Source: Acidimicrobiales bacterium (GTDB lineage Bacteria > Actinomycetota > Acidimicrobiia > Acidimicrobiales > RAAP-2). From it: DNA of 64,000 nt. Below are positions 27,422 to 36,745 of the stretch, in pieces. The stretch lies in contig DASZMN010000072.1 of NCBI GenBank assembly GCA_035551835.1, forward strand, positions 8,573-72,572, read 5' to 3'. Both the position numbers and the translations under genes were made by a program. Each line of letters opens with the position of its first letter. Within the stretch, counting starts at the first letter, position 1. Under the pieces are notes generated by a model that made no database searches, was not told where the DNA came from, and saw nothing but the letters and a program-made list of their open reading frames with translations.

Positions 27422-28066
27422 ATGACGGACGCAGCGCCCATCTTCGTCGGCCGCCCCGTACTGCTCTCCATCGACATCCAGCGCGGGTACGCCCTGCCAC
27501 CCGAGGAGTCGGGCATCGCAATCATGGATGGCCACGCCGGCCTGATCGCCAACGCGGAGCGCGTCGTCGCCGCCGCCAGGTTGGCGGCGATCCCCGTCGT
27601 CTTCTTCCAGGAGGCACACCGGCCCGACCTGGTCGACTTCGGGCGCGAGCTCGACGGCACCGAAGGGGTGCACTGCCTCGAAGGCGACGACGGGACGGAG
27701 CTGTGGCCGACGCTCGTACCGGGGCCGGGCGAGTACGGCATCGCGAAGCGGCGCTACTCCTGCTTCTTCGGCACCGACCTCGAGATCCTCCTCAAGGGTC
27801 TCGGCGCGTCGACCCTCGTACTGATCGGCGGCCTGACGGATGTGTGCATCCACTACACGTTCGCCGACGCCCACCAGCACGACTACCGGGTGCGCGTCGT
27901 CTCCGACTGCGTCATCGGCTCAACCGAGGCCCGGCACGAGGCTTCTCTCAGCGCCATGGAGTACCTCCAGCACGGTGCGCGTCGAACAACTTCCGAGGTG
28001 GTCGAGGCATTTGAGACCCACGGCAACACCAACGAACCGGCCAACGTCCACAAAGGAGCGGCATGA
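27422..28066 (+). CDS. isochorismatase-like cysteine hydrolase (biuret/guanylurea/N-carbamoylsarcosine amidase family)
   Basis: LLSIDIQRGY (catalytic Asp region) and GGLTDVCIHYT (nucleophile Cys). SD GGTGAGGAGG. ATGA overlap with the SBP gene. Confidence 0.85.
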   Translation: MTDAAPIFVGRPVLLSIDIQRGYALPPEESGIAIMDGHAGLIANAERVVAAARLAAIPVVFFQEAHRPDLVDFGRELDGTEGVHCLEGDDGTELWPTLVPGPGEYGIAKRRYSCFFGTDLEILLKGLGASTLVLIGGLTDVCIHYTFADAHQHDYRVRVVSDCVIGSTEARHEASLSAMEYLQHGARRTTSEVVEAFETHGNTNEPANVHKGAA

Positions 28067-29679
28067 TGCCAGGTCTCACGTCGTCGGCGCGCACCGCCCG
28101 ACGCACCCTCGCCACCGCAGCGGTCCTTGCGCTTGCGGCGGCGCCAGCATGGGTGGCCTCGTCGCCTCCAGCCGGCGCGGCCTCGTACCCCACGAGTCAC
28201 ACGCTCAACCTGAGCTTCCTCCAAGACCCCGGCCAGCCGCCCGACCCCGACGTGTACTACGCGGGCGAGGGGCTGCTCCTGACGCGGAACATGTATGAGG
28301 GACTTCTGACCTATAAGGCAGACACCGCTCAGCGAGTGCTCGAGCCGGAGCTGGCCACCAGTTGGTCGGTGTCGAAAAATGGTCTCGTCTACAGCTTCCA
28401 GCTGCGCCACGGCGTGCTGTTCCATGACGGGACAGCCTTCACCTCGGCGGCCATCGCTCCTGACTTTGCCCGGCGTGCGGCCGTCAACGGGGGACCCGCC
28501 TACATGGTGTCCGATGTTGCCTCCGTGGCGACCCCGAATCCCTACCAGGCGGTCATCACCTTGAAGACGCCGAACTCGGCGTTCCTCGACTACTTGGCAT
28601 CCCCATACGGCCCGGCGATGATGAGCCCGACCGCGCTGGCGGCAAATGCCGGGTCGGACAACGACCAGACATACCTCGAAACGCACGACGTCGGGACCGG
28701 CCCCTACACCCTGACCGATGCGAAGGTCGGCGTGATGTACCAGATGAAGGCATTCCCGCAGTACTGGGGGCCCAAGCCCTACTACACGACCATCAACCTT
28801 CCGGTCATCGACGACCTCGCCACCGAGGAGATCGAGTTCAACGACGGTCAGATCGCCGCCATCCTCCATGACATGACCACCTCGGTGATCGCCCAGTACA
28901 AGGCCAAGACCAACGTGTCGTCGTACTCGCTCCCGAGCCTCCAGTCCGACACCGCATACGTGAACGAGAACAAGGGCCTTATGAACTCGGCCGCCAACCG
29001 GCTGGCCGTGCTGGGGGCGATCAACGTGGCCTACTTGGTGGCCGGCATCTTTCCTGGCCGCGGCACGGTGGCCAAGCAGGCCGGTCCGACCGGGCTCATC
29101 CCCGAGCCCTACGGCAAACAGAACATCGCCTACGACCCAGCGAAGTTGAAGGACCTCGTCAAGCGACTACCGGCGTCTGAGCGTTCGTTCACTGTGGGCT
29201 ACGACACCGGAGCGCCCGACGACCAGCTCCTCGCCGAGGACATCGGCGCCGAGCTGCAGGCCGACGGCCTGACCACCAAGGTCGTCGGGTACCAGACCTC
29301 CGAGATATTCGGCTGGGTGGGGAACGTCGCCGCCTCGCAGGGTCCGGGGAGCCCCAACATGCTCATCGACTACTTCTGGCCCGACACGTACAACACCTAT
29401 ACCTGGACGCACATCAGTTTCGATCCCTCGGGGGGCTTGCAGTACGTCAATTGCGACAGCGTGCCTGACGAGACCAACCTCAACACTCAAGCGCTCCAGA
29501 CGGGATCGCTCTCCACGTACAACAAGGTGATCGAGAACTCGGTGAAGAGCGGCTGCTGGCTCAACATCGTCGACAAAGACGACGCGATGGTCGCCCAGCC
29601 GTGGCTGAAGGGCATCCCCCAGGCGCACGTCGTGACCGACCCCGAGATGCTGCACCTCGCCAAGCTCCACCCAGGATGA
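28063..29679 (+). CDS. ABC transporter substrate-binding protein, family 5 (peptide/nickel/opine type), Tat/Sec signal
   Basis: N-terminus ARTARRTLATAAVLALAAAPAWVA. About 540 aa with SBP_bac_5-like pattern (YYAGEGLLLTRNMYEGLL, FHDGTAFT). Confidence 0.85.
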   Translation: MMPGLTSSARTARRTLATAAVLALAAAPAWVASSPPAGAASYPTSHTLNLSFLQDPGQPPDPDVYYAGEGLLLTRNMYEGLLTYKADTAQRVLEPELATSWSVSKNGLVYSFQLRHGVLFHDGTAFTSAAIAPDFARRAAVNGGPAYMVSDVASVATPNPYQAVITLKTPNSAFLDYLASPYGPAMMSPTALAANAGSDNDQTYLETHDVGTGPYTLTDAKVGVMYQMKAFPQYWGPKPYYTTINLPVIDDLATEEIEFNDGQIAAILHDMTTSVIAQYKAKTNVSSYSLPSLQSDTAYVNENKGLMNSAANRLAVLGAINVAYLVAGIFPGRGTVAKQAGPTGLIPEPYGKQNIAYDPAKLKDLVKRLPASERSFTVGYDTGAPDDQLLAEDIGAELQADGLTTKVVGYQTSEIFGWVGNVAASQGPGSPNMLIDYFWPDTYNTYTWTHISFDPSGGLQYVNCDSVPDETNLNTQALQTGSLSTYNKVIENSVKSGCWLNIVDKDDAMVAQPWLKGIPQAHVVTDPEMLHLAKLHPG

Positions 29680-29749
29680 AAAACCCCCACGAACACACGA
29701 GACAGGAGACCCGAACCACACGCCACACGAGCGCGACAGACAGTTTCAA

Positions 29750-29878
29750 CTGCAGCACCTAGGGTTCCGCGCCCGCCGGGGCGGTCTGGACCGAGAGATG
29801 AACAGGTTGCAGCCGCAGCCTGACGCGGAGGGATAAAAGCCCGGGAGGTTTCGGCCAACCGGGCTCTCCCTTTTTTGG
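29750..29878 (+). promoter_or_regulatory. ykkC: guanidine-I riboswitch (ykkC-yxkD class, subtype 1-like) including expression platform
   Basis: CCUAGGGUUCCGCGCCCGCCGGGGCGGUCUGGACCGAGAG...CUGACGCGGAGGGAUAAAAGCCCGGGAGG reproduces the invariant ykkC cores (CUAGGGUUCCG / GGnCCGAGAG / ACGnGGnGGGAUAAAAGCCCGGGAG). Terminator and U6 follow. Confidence 0.9.
29838..29876 (+). terminator. intrinsic terminator of the riboswitch expression platform
   Basis: AGCCCGG/CCGGGCU or alternatively GGGAG/CUCCC pairing, with an inner CGG-CCAA-CCG hairpin, followed by UUUUUU. The 5' arm is shared with the 3' strand of the aptamer. Confidence 0.75.
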
Positions 29879-29894
29879 TACGGGAGAGACACCT

Positions 29895-31298
29895 ATGCAG
29901 ACGATTTTCGAGATCGACGAGCACCACGCCGAGCTGGCGAGCAGCCTGGCAGCGCAGGGCGTGGAGTATGTGTTCGCGTCGTTCGTCGACATTGCCGGGC
30001 GGGCCAAGTCCAAGTGCGTGCCGATCGGGCACCTGCCCGACCTCCTCGCCGGGCACGAGCGGTACACGCCTCGAGGCTTGGGCAACCTCGGGCAAATGAC
30101 ACCGACCGAGGACGAGTGTGTCACCGTGCCCGACGCAAGCACGCTGTGCATCCTGCCCTTTGACCGGCGTTTCGCCCACATGGCCGCTGACCTCCACTAC
30201 GGCGGCACGGAGCCGTTCGCCCACTGCACTCGTTCGATCCTGAAGAAACAGCTCGACCGTGCCAGGGCGTCGGGCTACGAGTTCCAGCTGGGCATCGAGC
30301 CGGAGTTCTATGTCGTCAAGCCCTTCGCCGGGGACCGGCCGGCTCCCCCAGACGGCTACCTCGTCCCGTCGAAGCCTTCCGGGCGGCTGCGCCCGACCGC
30401 CGGCTACGACGTAGAAGCCACTTTGGACGTGATGGATTTCCTCGACCCGATGGTGCGAGCCATGCACGATTGCGGTTTCGGTGCATTCAGCTTCGACCAC
30501 GAGGGTGGGGACGGGCAGGTCGAGTTCGACTTCGAGTTTGCGCCGGCGCTCGTCACGGCCGATCGGGTGACCCTGCTGCGACTGATGGCCAAGCAGATCG
30601 CCAAGCAGATCGGGCTCATGGTGACCTTCATGCCCAAGCCCTACACGGAAGCATGGGGCTCGGGCGCCCACTTCAACATGAGCCTCACTGACCTCGAGGA
30701 AGGGCAGAACCTCTTCCGGGACCCGGAGGACACCCGCGGGCGCGGCTGGAGCAAGACCGCCTACGGCTTCGTTGCCGGCATCATGCGCCACGCGCCGGCG
30801 CTGGCCGCCATCTGCACGCCGACCGTGAACTCGTACAAGCGGCTCCAACCTCGTCTCTCCGACGGCACGGTGTCATGGGCCCCGACCTGGGCCGCCTACG
30901 GCGACAACAACCGGTCCTGCCTCCTGCGACTGCCCAGGAACCGTCCGGCCATCGAGAACCGCGGCGTGGACTCGGCCGCCAACCCTTATCTGGCAGCCGC
31001 CTTCCTCGTGGCGGCCGGGCTTGAGGGAGTCGCCCAGGGTCTGGACCCGGGGAATCCGGTCGAGGACCTGACCTACGACTGGTCTCGAACAGGGCCTTCG
31101 GGCGGAGACGTCCAGGCGACGAAGCTGCCGCGCACGTTGCTCGAGGCGATTGAGGCGTTCGACGCGGACCCCCTCACCCACGAAGTCTTCCCCAAGGAGT
31201 TCGTGACGGCCTACGTCGATATGAAGGTCGCGGAGTGGGAGTCGTACCACACGCGCATCTCCGAGTGGGAGCGCGAAAACTACCTGACCATGTTCTGA
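29895..31298 (+). CDS. glutamine synthetase-family ligase (gamma-glutamyl-amine synthetase-like, GlnA/PuuA-like)
   Basis: FVDIAGRAKSK beta-grasp, GIEPEFYVV, TFMPKP, GSGAHFNMSL and NSYKRL motifs of the GS catalytic domain. SD GGGAGAG. Confidence 0.85.
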   Translation: MQTIFEIDEHHAELASSLAAQGVEYVFASFVDIAGRAKSKCVPIGHLPDLLAGHERYTPRGLGNLGQMTPTEDECVTVPDASTLCILPFDRRFAHMAADLHYGGTEPFAHCTRSILKKQLDRARASGYEFQLGIEPEFYVVKPFAGDRPAPPDGYLVPSKPSGRLRPTAGYDVEATLDVMDFLDPMVRAMHDCGFGAFSFDHEGGDGQVEFDFEFAPALVTADRVTLLRLMAKQIAKQIGLMVTFMPKPYTEAWGSGAHFNMSLTDLEEGQNLFRDPEDTRGRGWSKTAYGFVAGIMRHAPALAAICTPTVNSYKRLQPRLSDGTVSWAPTWAAYGDNNRSCLLRLPRNRPAIENRGVDSAANPYLAAAFLVAAGLEGVAQGLDPGNPVEDLTYDWSRTGPSGGDVQATKLPRTLLEAIEAFDADPLTHEVFPKEFVTAYVDMKVAEWESYHTRISEWERENYLTMF

Positions 31299-31301
31299 CC
31301 G

Positions 31302-32096
31302 ATGACGACAAACGGGCACGACGGACCGGTGCGTTGGGAGGACCTCACGTGGCCGGAGATCGAAGCGCTGGTCCGGCGCCGCCCGGACGAGGTCGCCCTC
31401 TTGCCGGTGGGAGCCACCGAGCAGCACGGCCCTCACCTTCCGTCGGGCACCGACACCATCGTGGCCCGGGGGCTGTGCGACGCCGCTTCGTCGCGCACCG
31501 GCGCCCCCGTGCTCCCGGCGCTCGCACTCGGATGTAGCTACGGACACGGGACGCTGCTCCCGAGCACGATCTCGCTGACGCCCGAGCGACTGGCGGACGT
31601 CGTCGTCGACATGGTGTCCTGGCTCGCAAGCAGTGGCATCCGGCGCGTGCTCGCGGTCAATGGCCACTTCGGCAACCAGGCCTCTTTGTCGGTCGCCGGG
31701 GACCACCTGCGCCATGAGCGACCCGATCTGCGCTTCGGGGTCATCCACTGGTGGACACTCACGCCGGCCATCAGCGCGGAGACGCTGGCTGACGGCGGGG
31801 ACGTGCACGCCAACCGCGCCGAGACGGCGCTGATGCTCGCCCTGGCGCCGCAGCACGTCCGCCTCGGCCAGCTCCACCAGGCCGACGACGAAGACCGCAC
31901 TGCGGGACTCGTCTTCCGCTACACCGCGGCCGTCCTGTCGCGCAACGGGGTGACCGGGCGGCCGTCGGAGGCGACGCCCGAGCTCGGGCACAAGCTCCTC
32001 GACGAGGTGGTCGACGAGTTGTGCGCCGCCATCACCCGCGGCCGGACCGAGGAGCCACCGCTGCGCGGTGCCCCCGCGAGCGCGGCGATCGCGTGA
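31302..32096 (+). CDS. creatininase-fold amidohydrolase (creatinine amidohydrolase / MftE / ArfB family)
   Basis: LLPVGATEQHGPHLPSGTD and VNGHFGN motifs. Starts 3 nt after the GS-like stop. Confidence 0.85.
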   Translation: MTTNGHDGPVRWEDLTWPEIEALVRRRPDEVALLPVGATEQHGPHLPSGTDTIVARGLCDAASSRTGAPVLPALALGCSYGHGTLLPSTISLTPERLADVVVDMVSWLASSGIRRVLAVNGHFGNQASLSVAGDHLRHERPDLRFGVIHWWTLTPAISAETLADGGDVHANRAETALMLALAPQHVRLGQLHQADDEDRTAGLVFRYTAAVLSRNGVTGRPSEATPELGHKLLDEVVDELCAAITRGRTEEPPLRGAPASAAIA

Positions 32097-32788
32097 CGTC
32101 GCCCATGCTGGTCGGCATCTTGTGCGGACGGTCACCGGCTGATCGGTACTCGACCCACCGCGGCTACGTCTCTTCGGTGGCGGGCGTGGGTGCCGTGCCG
32201 GTCGTGTTGCCCGCCGGCCCGGACACCGATCCCCTCGCCCTGACCGCAGTGGTCGACCGCTGCGACGCACTCATCGCCACGGGAGGTGGCGATGTCGACC
32301 CCGACCTCTACGCCGGCACGGCGGCGCGGTCCCACGAGTCGTTGATGGACGTGGATCCCAGCCGCGACGTCGCCGAGATCGCGGCGGTCCAGCACGCGCT
32401 GGGTCTGGGCAAGCGGGTCCTCGGCGTGTGCCGCGGCGCGCAACTGCTCGCCGTCATCGGGGGCGGGACACTCATTTCCGACCTGGTGGAGAAGGGCATC
32501 GACGGCCACTGGCAGGAGGAGCGCCAGTACGAGGCGGTGCACGGGGTCCGCGCCGAGCCGGGCTCCGTGGCGGCGGGGCTCCTCGCCAGGGTCGCACGGG
32601 TCAACTCCATCCACCACCAAGCGATCGCGGACCCGGGCCAAGTACTGCGGGCGACGGCCTGGAGCGACGACGGCGTGATCGAGGCCGTCGAGTCTCCGGG
32701 GCTCCTCGGCGTGCAGTGGCATCCCGAACGTCTCTCGGCCGTCGACCCGCGTCACCTGGCGCCGTTCGCGTGGCTGGTGGGCCGGTGA
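32093..32788 (+). CDS. class I glutamine amidotransferase-like gamma-glutamyl hydrolase (PuuD / peptidase C26-like)
   Basis: GVCRGAQLL nucleophile elbow, NSIHHQAI, GVQWHPE. GTGA overlap with the creatininase-like stop. Confidence 0.85.
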   Translation: MTSPMLVGILCGRSPADRYSTHRGYVSSVAGVGAVPVVLPAGPDTDPLALTAVVDRCDALIATGGGDVDPDLYAGTAARSHESLMDVDPSRDVAEIAAVQHALGLGKRVLGVCRGAQLLAVIGGGTLISDLVEKGIDGHWQEERQYEAVHGVRAEPGSVAAGLLARVARVNSIHHQAIADPGQVLRATAWSDDGVIEAVESPGLLGVQWHPERLSAVDPRHLAPFAWLVGR

Positions 32789-34806
32789 CCCTCTCGCACG
32801 CCGCAGCCATCGGATCCAAGGCGCCTGGACCGCACGAGCAAACCGAGCGCGGCACGACGCGTGAGCCGGTCGCCGCCGTGTCGGATCTGCACGTCAATTT
32901 CGTCCGCGGGGGCAACGACGTCCACGCCCTGCGCGGGGTGACGCTCGACGTCGGCCCCGGCGAGATCGTCGGGATCGTCGGCGAGTCCGGGTCCGGTAAG
33001 TCCGTGCTCGCCCTCACCATGCTCGGCCTATTGCCGGCGCGTCCGAGCCCGACCGTCACCGGCTCCGTGCGCGTCTGCGGCACCGACATGGTGACGGCAA
33101 CGGCGGAGGAGGCGCGCCTGGTGCGCCGCCAGCACCTCGGCGCAGTGTTCCAGGACCCGATGACGTCGCTCAACCCGACCATGCGCGTCGGCCGCCAGAT
33201 CCAGGAGGCGGCCGGCTCGGCCGAGGAAGCGCTGCGGCTGCTCGATGCCGTCGGCGTGCCTGAGGCCAAGCGCCGCCTGCGGGCCTACCCCCACGAGCTC
33301 TCCGGTGGCCTCCGCCAGCGCGTCATGATCGCCATGGCGGTGGCGGGGTCACCCTCTCTCGTCATCGCGGATGAACCCACCACCGCGCTCGACGTGACCG
33401 TCCAGGCGCAGATCCTCGAACTCATCGCCTCCCTGCGCGACGAGGTCGGCACGAGCTTCATCCTGGTCACCCACGATCTCGGCGTCGCAGCGCAGATCTC
33501 GGACCGCATCGCCGTGCTCTACGGCTCGCGTCTGGCGGAGGTGGGGCAGGCGGCCGGAGTGCTCTCCGCACCCGTCCACCCCTACACGTCGGGCCTGCTG
33601 CGGTCTCGCCTCGTGGTCGGCTGCGACCGCAGCCGCCCGATCGTCACGCTCCGCGGCGAACCACCCGATCCGCGGGCGCACCCGCCGGGCTGCCCGTTCG
33701 GCCCGCGTTGCGACCTGCACACCGATATCTGCGACGCCGCGCTCCCCGAGCTCGAGGTCGTCATGACCGCCGACGCGGTCCCGCGCCAGGTGGCCTGCGT
33801 CCGCTGGCAGGAGGCGCTTGGGGGCGCGATGGGGGTGGATCCGGCGGACCCCTGGCCCGAGATCGACCTCGGCGTCCAGGGCAGCGCGCCGCCTGGCGTG
33901 CTCGTGCACGACGTGTCGAAGTCCTTTCCCATCGGCAAGGGGTTCCGCCGCCAGCACCTGAAGGCGTTGCGCGGTGTCTCACTCGAGGTGAACAAGGGCG
34001 AGGCCGTGGCCCTGGTCGGCGAGAGCGGCTGCGGGAAGTCGACGCTGCTTCGCTCGATTGCCGGCCTGCAGCCAATCGACTCGGGCTCCATTGAGTTCGG
34101 GCGTGGCGCGCGGCCCCAGATGGTGTTCCAGGACGCCGGCGCTTCGCTTACACCCTGGCTGACGATCGGCGAGCTCGTCGGCGAGCGGCTGCGCTCGGAG
34201 GACCTGAGCCGATCGGAGCGCGCCGAGCGAGTACGCGCCGCCTTGACCGAGGTGGGCCTGCCGGCCGAGATGGCCACGGCCAAGCCCTCGCAGCTCTCGG
34301 GCGGCCAGCGCCAGCGCGCTGCGCTGGCCCGCGCCACCGTGGTCCCGCCCGACGTGCTGCTCTGCGACGAGCCGACCAGCGCCCTCGATGTCTCCCTCGC
34401 AGCGACGGTGCTCAACCTCATCGGGCAGTTGCGGCGCGACCTCGGCGTCGCGGTGCTCTTCGTGACCCACGACCTCGCGGCGGCGCGGGTGGTGGCCGAC
34501 CGCATCGCCGTGATGTACCTGGGGCGCATCGTCGAGTGCGGGCCCTCGGACGAGATCTGCACGTACCCGGCGCACCCGTACACCGAGTCACTCCTGAACG
34601 CCGTGCCCGACCTCGCCCGAACCACCGTCCGTCTCGGGGGCGAGCCGGCGAGCCCGCTCGACCCCCCGTCGGGATGTGAGTTCCACCCGCGCTGCCCCAA
34701 GGCCGAGCCTGCGTGCGCGTCCGTCGACGCACCGCTGACGTCGTGGGGGACATCGAGCCGCGAGGTGGCGTGCCCGGTCTTCCTGCGCACGGTGGGTGGC
34801 CGCTGA
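32785..34806 (+). CDS. fused double ABC ATPase of a Dpp/Opp/Nik-type importer (DppD-DppF fusion)
   Basis: Two full cassettes: GESGSGKS / LSGGLRQR / [12 protein letters not shown] and GESGCGKST / LSGGQRQR / [16 protein letters not shown] overlap with the upstream gene. Confidence 0.9.
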   Translation: MTLSHAAAIGSKAPGPHEQTERGTTREPVAAVSDLHVNFVRGGNDVHALRGVTLDVGPGEIVGIVGESGSGKSVLALTMLGLLPARPSPTVTGSVRVCGTDMVTATAEEARLVRRQHLGAVFQDPMTSLNPTMRVGRQIQEAAGSAEEALRLLDAVGVPEAKRRLRAYPHELSGGLRQRVMIAMAVAGSPSLVIADEPTTALDVTVQAQILELIASLRDEVGTSFILVTHDLGVAAQISDRIAVLYGSRLAEVGQAAGVLSAPVHPYTSGLLRSRLVVGCDRSRPIVTLRGEPPDPRAHPPGCPFGPRCDLHTDICDAALPELEVVMTADAVPRQVACVRWQEALGGAMGVDPADPWPEIDLGVQGSAPPGVLVHDVSKSFPIGKGFRRQHLKALRGVSLEVNKGEAVALVGESGCGKSTLLRSIAGLQPIDSGSIEFGRGARPQMVFQDAGASLTPWLTIGELVGERLRSEDLSRSERAERVRAALTEVGLPAEMATAKPSQLSGGQRQRAALARATVVPPDVLLCDEPTSALDVSLAATVLNLIGQLRRDLGVAVLFVTHDLAAARVVADRIAVMYLGRIVECGPSDEICTYPAHPYTESLLNAVPDLARTTVRLGGEPASPLDPPSGCEFHPRCPKAEPACASVDAPLTSWGTSSREVACPVFLRTVGGR

Positions 34807-35690
34807 TGGCGGTCGCCGAGGCCTACGTTCCCGGTCGGGCGGGCCGCCGCGGCCTGAAGTCGATCGGCGGCGCGTCCAAGGTGTTCACGGGTGCCACCAA
34901 GGTGGACAAGGCGGGCATCATCTTGCTCGGGTTGCTGGTCGTCCTGGCGGTGTTCGCACCTCTGATCGCGCCCTACAACCCGATCGTCCCCTCCGGTGTC
35001 CCCTTCACCTCCCCCCTGCACGGGGGCCACCTGATGGGCACGGACGAGGTCGGCTACGACATCTTCAGTCGGGTCCTCTTCGGCCTGCGCACCAGCATGC
35101 TCGGCGTCCTCATCGTCGTGACGTCGGGGGTCGTCATCGGCGGCCTGATCGGGCTCGTGGCCGGCGTGGCCGGCGGGTGGGTGGACACGGTGCTGATGCG
35201 CTTCACCGACCTGTTCCTCGCGCTGCCCGGCCCGCTGCTCGCCATCGCGATCGCCGCCTCGCTCGGCCCGAGTTACGCCCATGTGCTCGTGGCCGTGGCG
35301 ATCGTCTGGTGGCCCTTCTACGCGAGGATCATGCGCGGGGAGGTGCGCGCCTGGGCCGCCCGTCCCCATTTGGAGGCGGCGGCCCTGGCCGGCGCCGGGC
35401 CCGTCCGCCGCGGGCTCCGCCACTTGCTGCCCGGCGCGGTGCCCGCGATCGTCGTCACCGCGAGCCTCGACGTGGGCAACCTGGTCGTGACGCTGGCGGC
35501 GTTGTCCTTCCTCGGGCTGGGCGCGCCCGCGCCGTCCCCGGAGCTCGGAGCCATGGCCGCGCGCGGCCTGCAGTTCCTGCTCCAGCAGTGGTGGATCCCG
35601 GTGATGCCCGGGATCGCCGTTGCCCTCCTCGCACTCGGCGCCAACCTCACGGGTGACGCCGTGGCCGACGCAACCGGGCAAGGCGTATGA
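34806..35690 (+). CDS. ABC importer permease (DppC/NikC-like)
   Basis: ATG overlaps the ATPase stop (TGATG). N-terminus LLGLLVVLAVFAPLIAPYNP is typical of OppC/DppC. 6 TM segments. Confidence 0.85.
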   Translation: MAVAEAYVPGRAGRRGLKSIGGASKVFTGATKVDKAGIILLGLLVVLAVFAPLIAPYNPIVPSGVPFTSPLHGGHLMGTDEVGYDIFSRVLFGLRTSMLGVLIVVTSGVVIGGLIGLVAGVAGGWVDTVLMRFTDLFLALPGPLLAIAIAASLGPSYAHVLVAVAIVWWPFYARIMRGEVRAWAARPHLEAAALAGAGPVRRGLRHLLPGAVPAIVVTASLDVGNLVVTLAALSFLGLGAPAPSPELGAMAARGLQFLLQQWWIPVMPGIAVALLALGANLTGDAVADATGQGV

Positions 35691-36694
35691 CCGGCCTGCC
35701 GAGGTTCGTGCTCAAGCGCATCGGCGCCCTGCTGATCATCATCGTCATCCTCACGGCGATCATCTTCTTACTGCAGAAGCTGAGCGGCACCAACCCAGTG
35801 CACGCCTACCTCGGCGCCAACGCGTCCAAAGCGGCCATCGCCAAGGAGTCGGCCGTCCTCGGGTACAACAAGCCCGTACTCAACCAGTATTTCCACTACC
35901 TTGGGAACCTCTTCCACGGCAACCTGGAGAACTCGCTCCGTACGCGCCGCCCGGTCTCGACCGACCTCGCCGCCTACCTGCCGGCCACGATTGAGTTGAC
36001 GATCGCCGCCCTCGGCATCGCCCTCGTGCTCGGCACCGCGCTCGGCCTGGCGTCCGCGGGTCGTTGGCGCGGGGCCAGCGTCATGCGGGTGGCGATGATC
36101 GCCGGTGCCTCGGTCCCCTCCTTCCTCCTCGCCCTCCTCGGCGTGCTCATACTCAACGGTGACTTGCATCTGCTGCCGGCGAGCGGTGACACCGGCGTGG
36201 CCAACCCGCCGACGGGCCCGACCGGGATGATCATCCCCGATGCCCTGCTGCACCTGCAGTTCAACACCGCGTGGGACGGCTTCGAACACCTGATCCTGCC
36301 CGCGCTCTGCGTGGCCATCGGCCCGGCGGTTTCCATCGGACGCGTGTTGCGTGGCTCGCTGCACGCATCCATGCGGTCGGACTTCGTCCGCACGGCCCGT
36401 GCCAAAGGCATCACCGAGAGGCTCGTCCTGTTCCGTCACGCGTTGCGCAACTCTCTGTCCGCCGCGCTCTCCATGACCGGACTCCAGGTGGGCCTCATGT
36501 TCGCCGGCGTTGTGGTCGTCGAGACGGTCTTCGCCTGGCCAGGCATAGGGCTCTACACCGAGCAGAGCATCCCGACCGCGGACTTCCCCGCCATCGCCGG
36601 CGTCACGCTCGTGCTCGGCGTCCTCTACGTCGTCATCAACGCGCTGGTGGACGTCCTCCAGGCAGTGGTCGATCCGCGGGTCGCGCTCGAATGA
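35687..36694 (+). CDS. ABC importer permease (DppB/NikB-like)
   Basis: ATGA overlap. N-terminus FVLKRIGALLIIIVILTAIIFLL is typical of DppB/OppB. Confidence 0.85.
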   Translation: MTGLPRFVLKRIGALLIIIVILTAIIFLLQKLSGTNPVHAYLGANASKAAIAKESAVLGYNKPVLNQYFHYLGNLFHGNLENSLRTRRPVSTDLAAYLPATIELTIAALGIALVLGTALGLASAGRWRGASVMRVAMIAGASVPSFLLALLGVLILNGDLHLLPASGDTGVANPPTGPTGMIIPDALLHLQFNTAWDGFEHLILPALCVAIGPAVSIGRVLRGSLHASMRSDFVRTARAKGITERLVLFRHALRNSLSAALSMTGLQVGLMFAGVVVVETVFAWPGIGLYTEQSIPTADFPAIAGVTLVLGVLYVVINALVDVLQAVVDPRVALE

Positions 36695-36745
36695 GGACGG
36701 GCCGCCGAGAACACGCCGAACAACACGTACAAAAAGGAGAACGCC

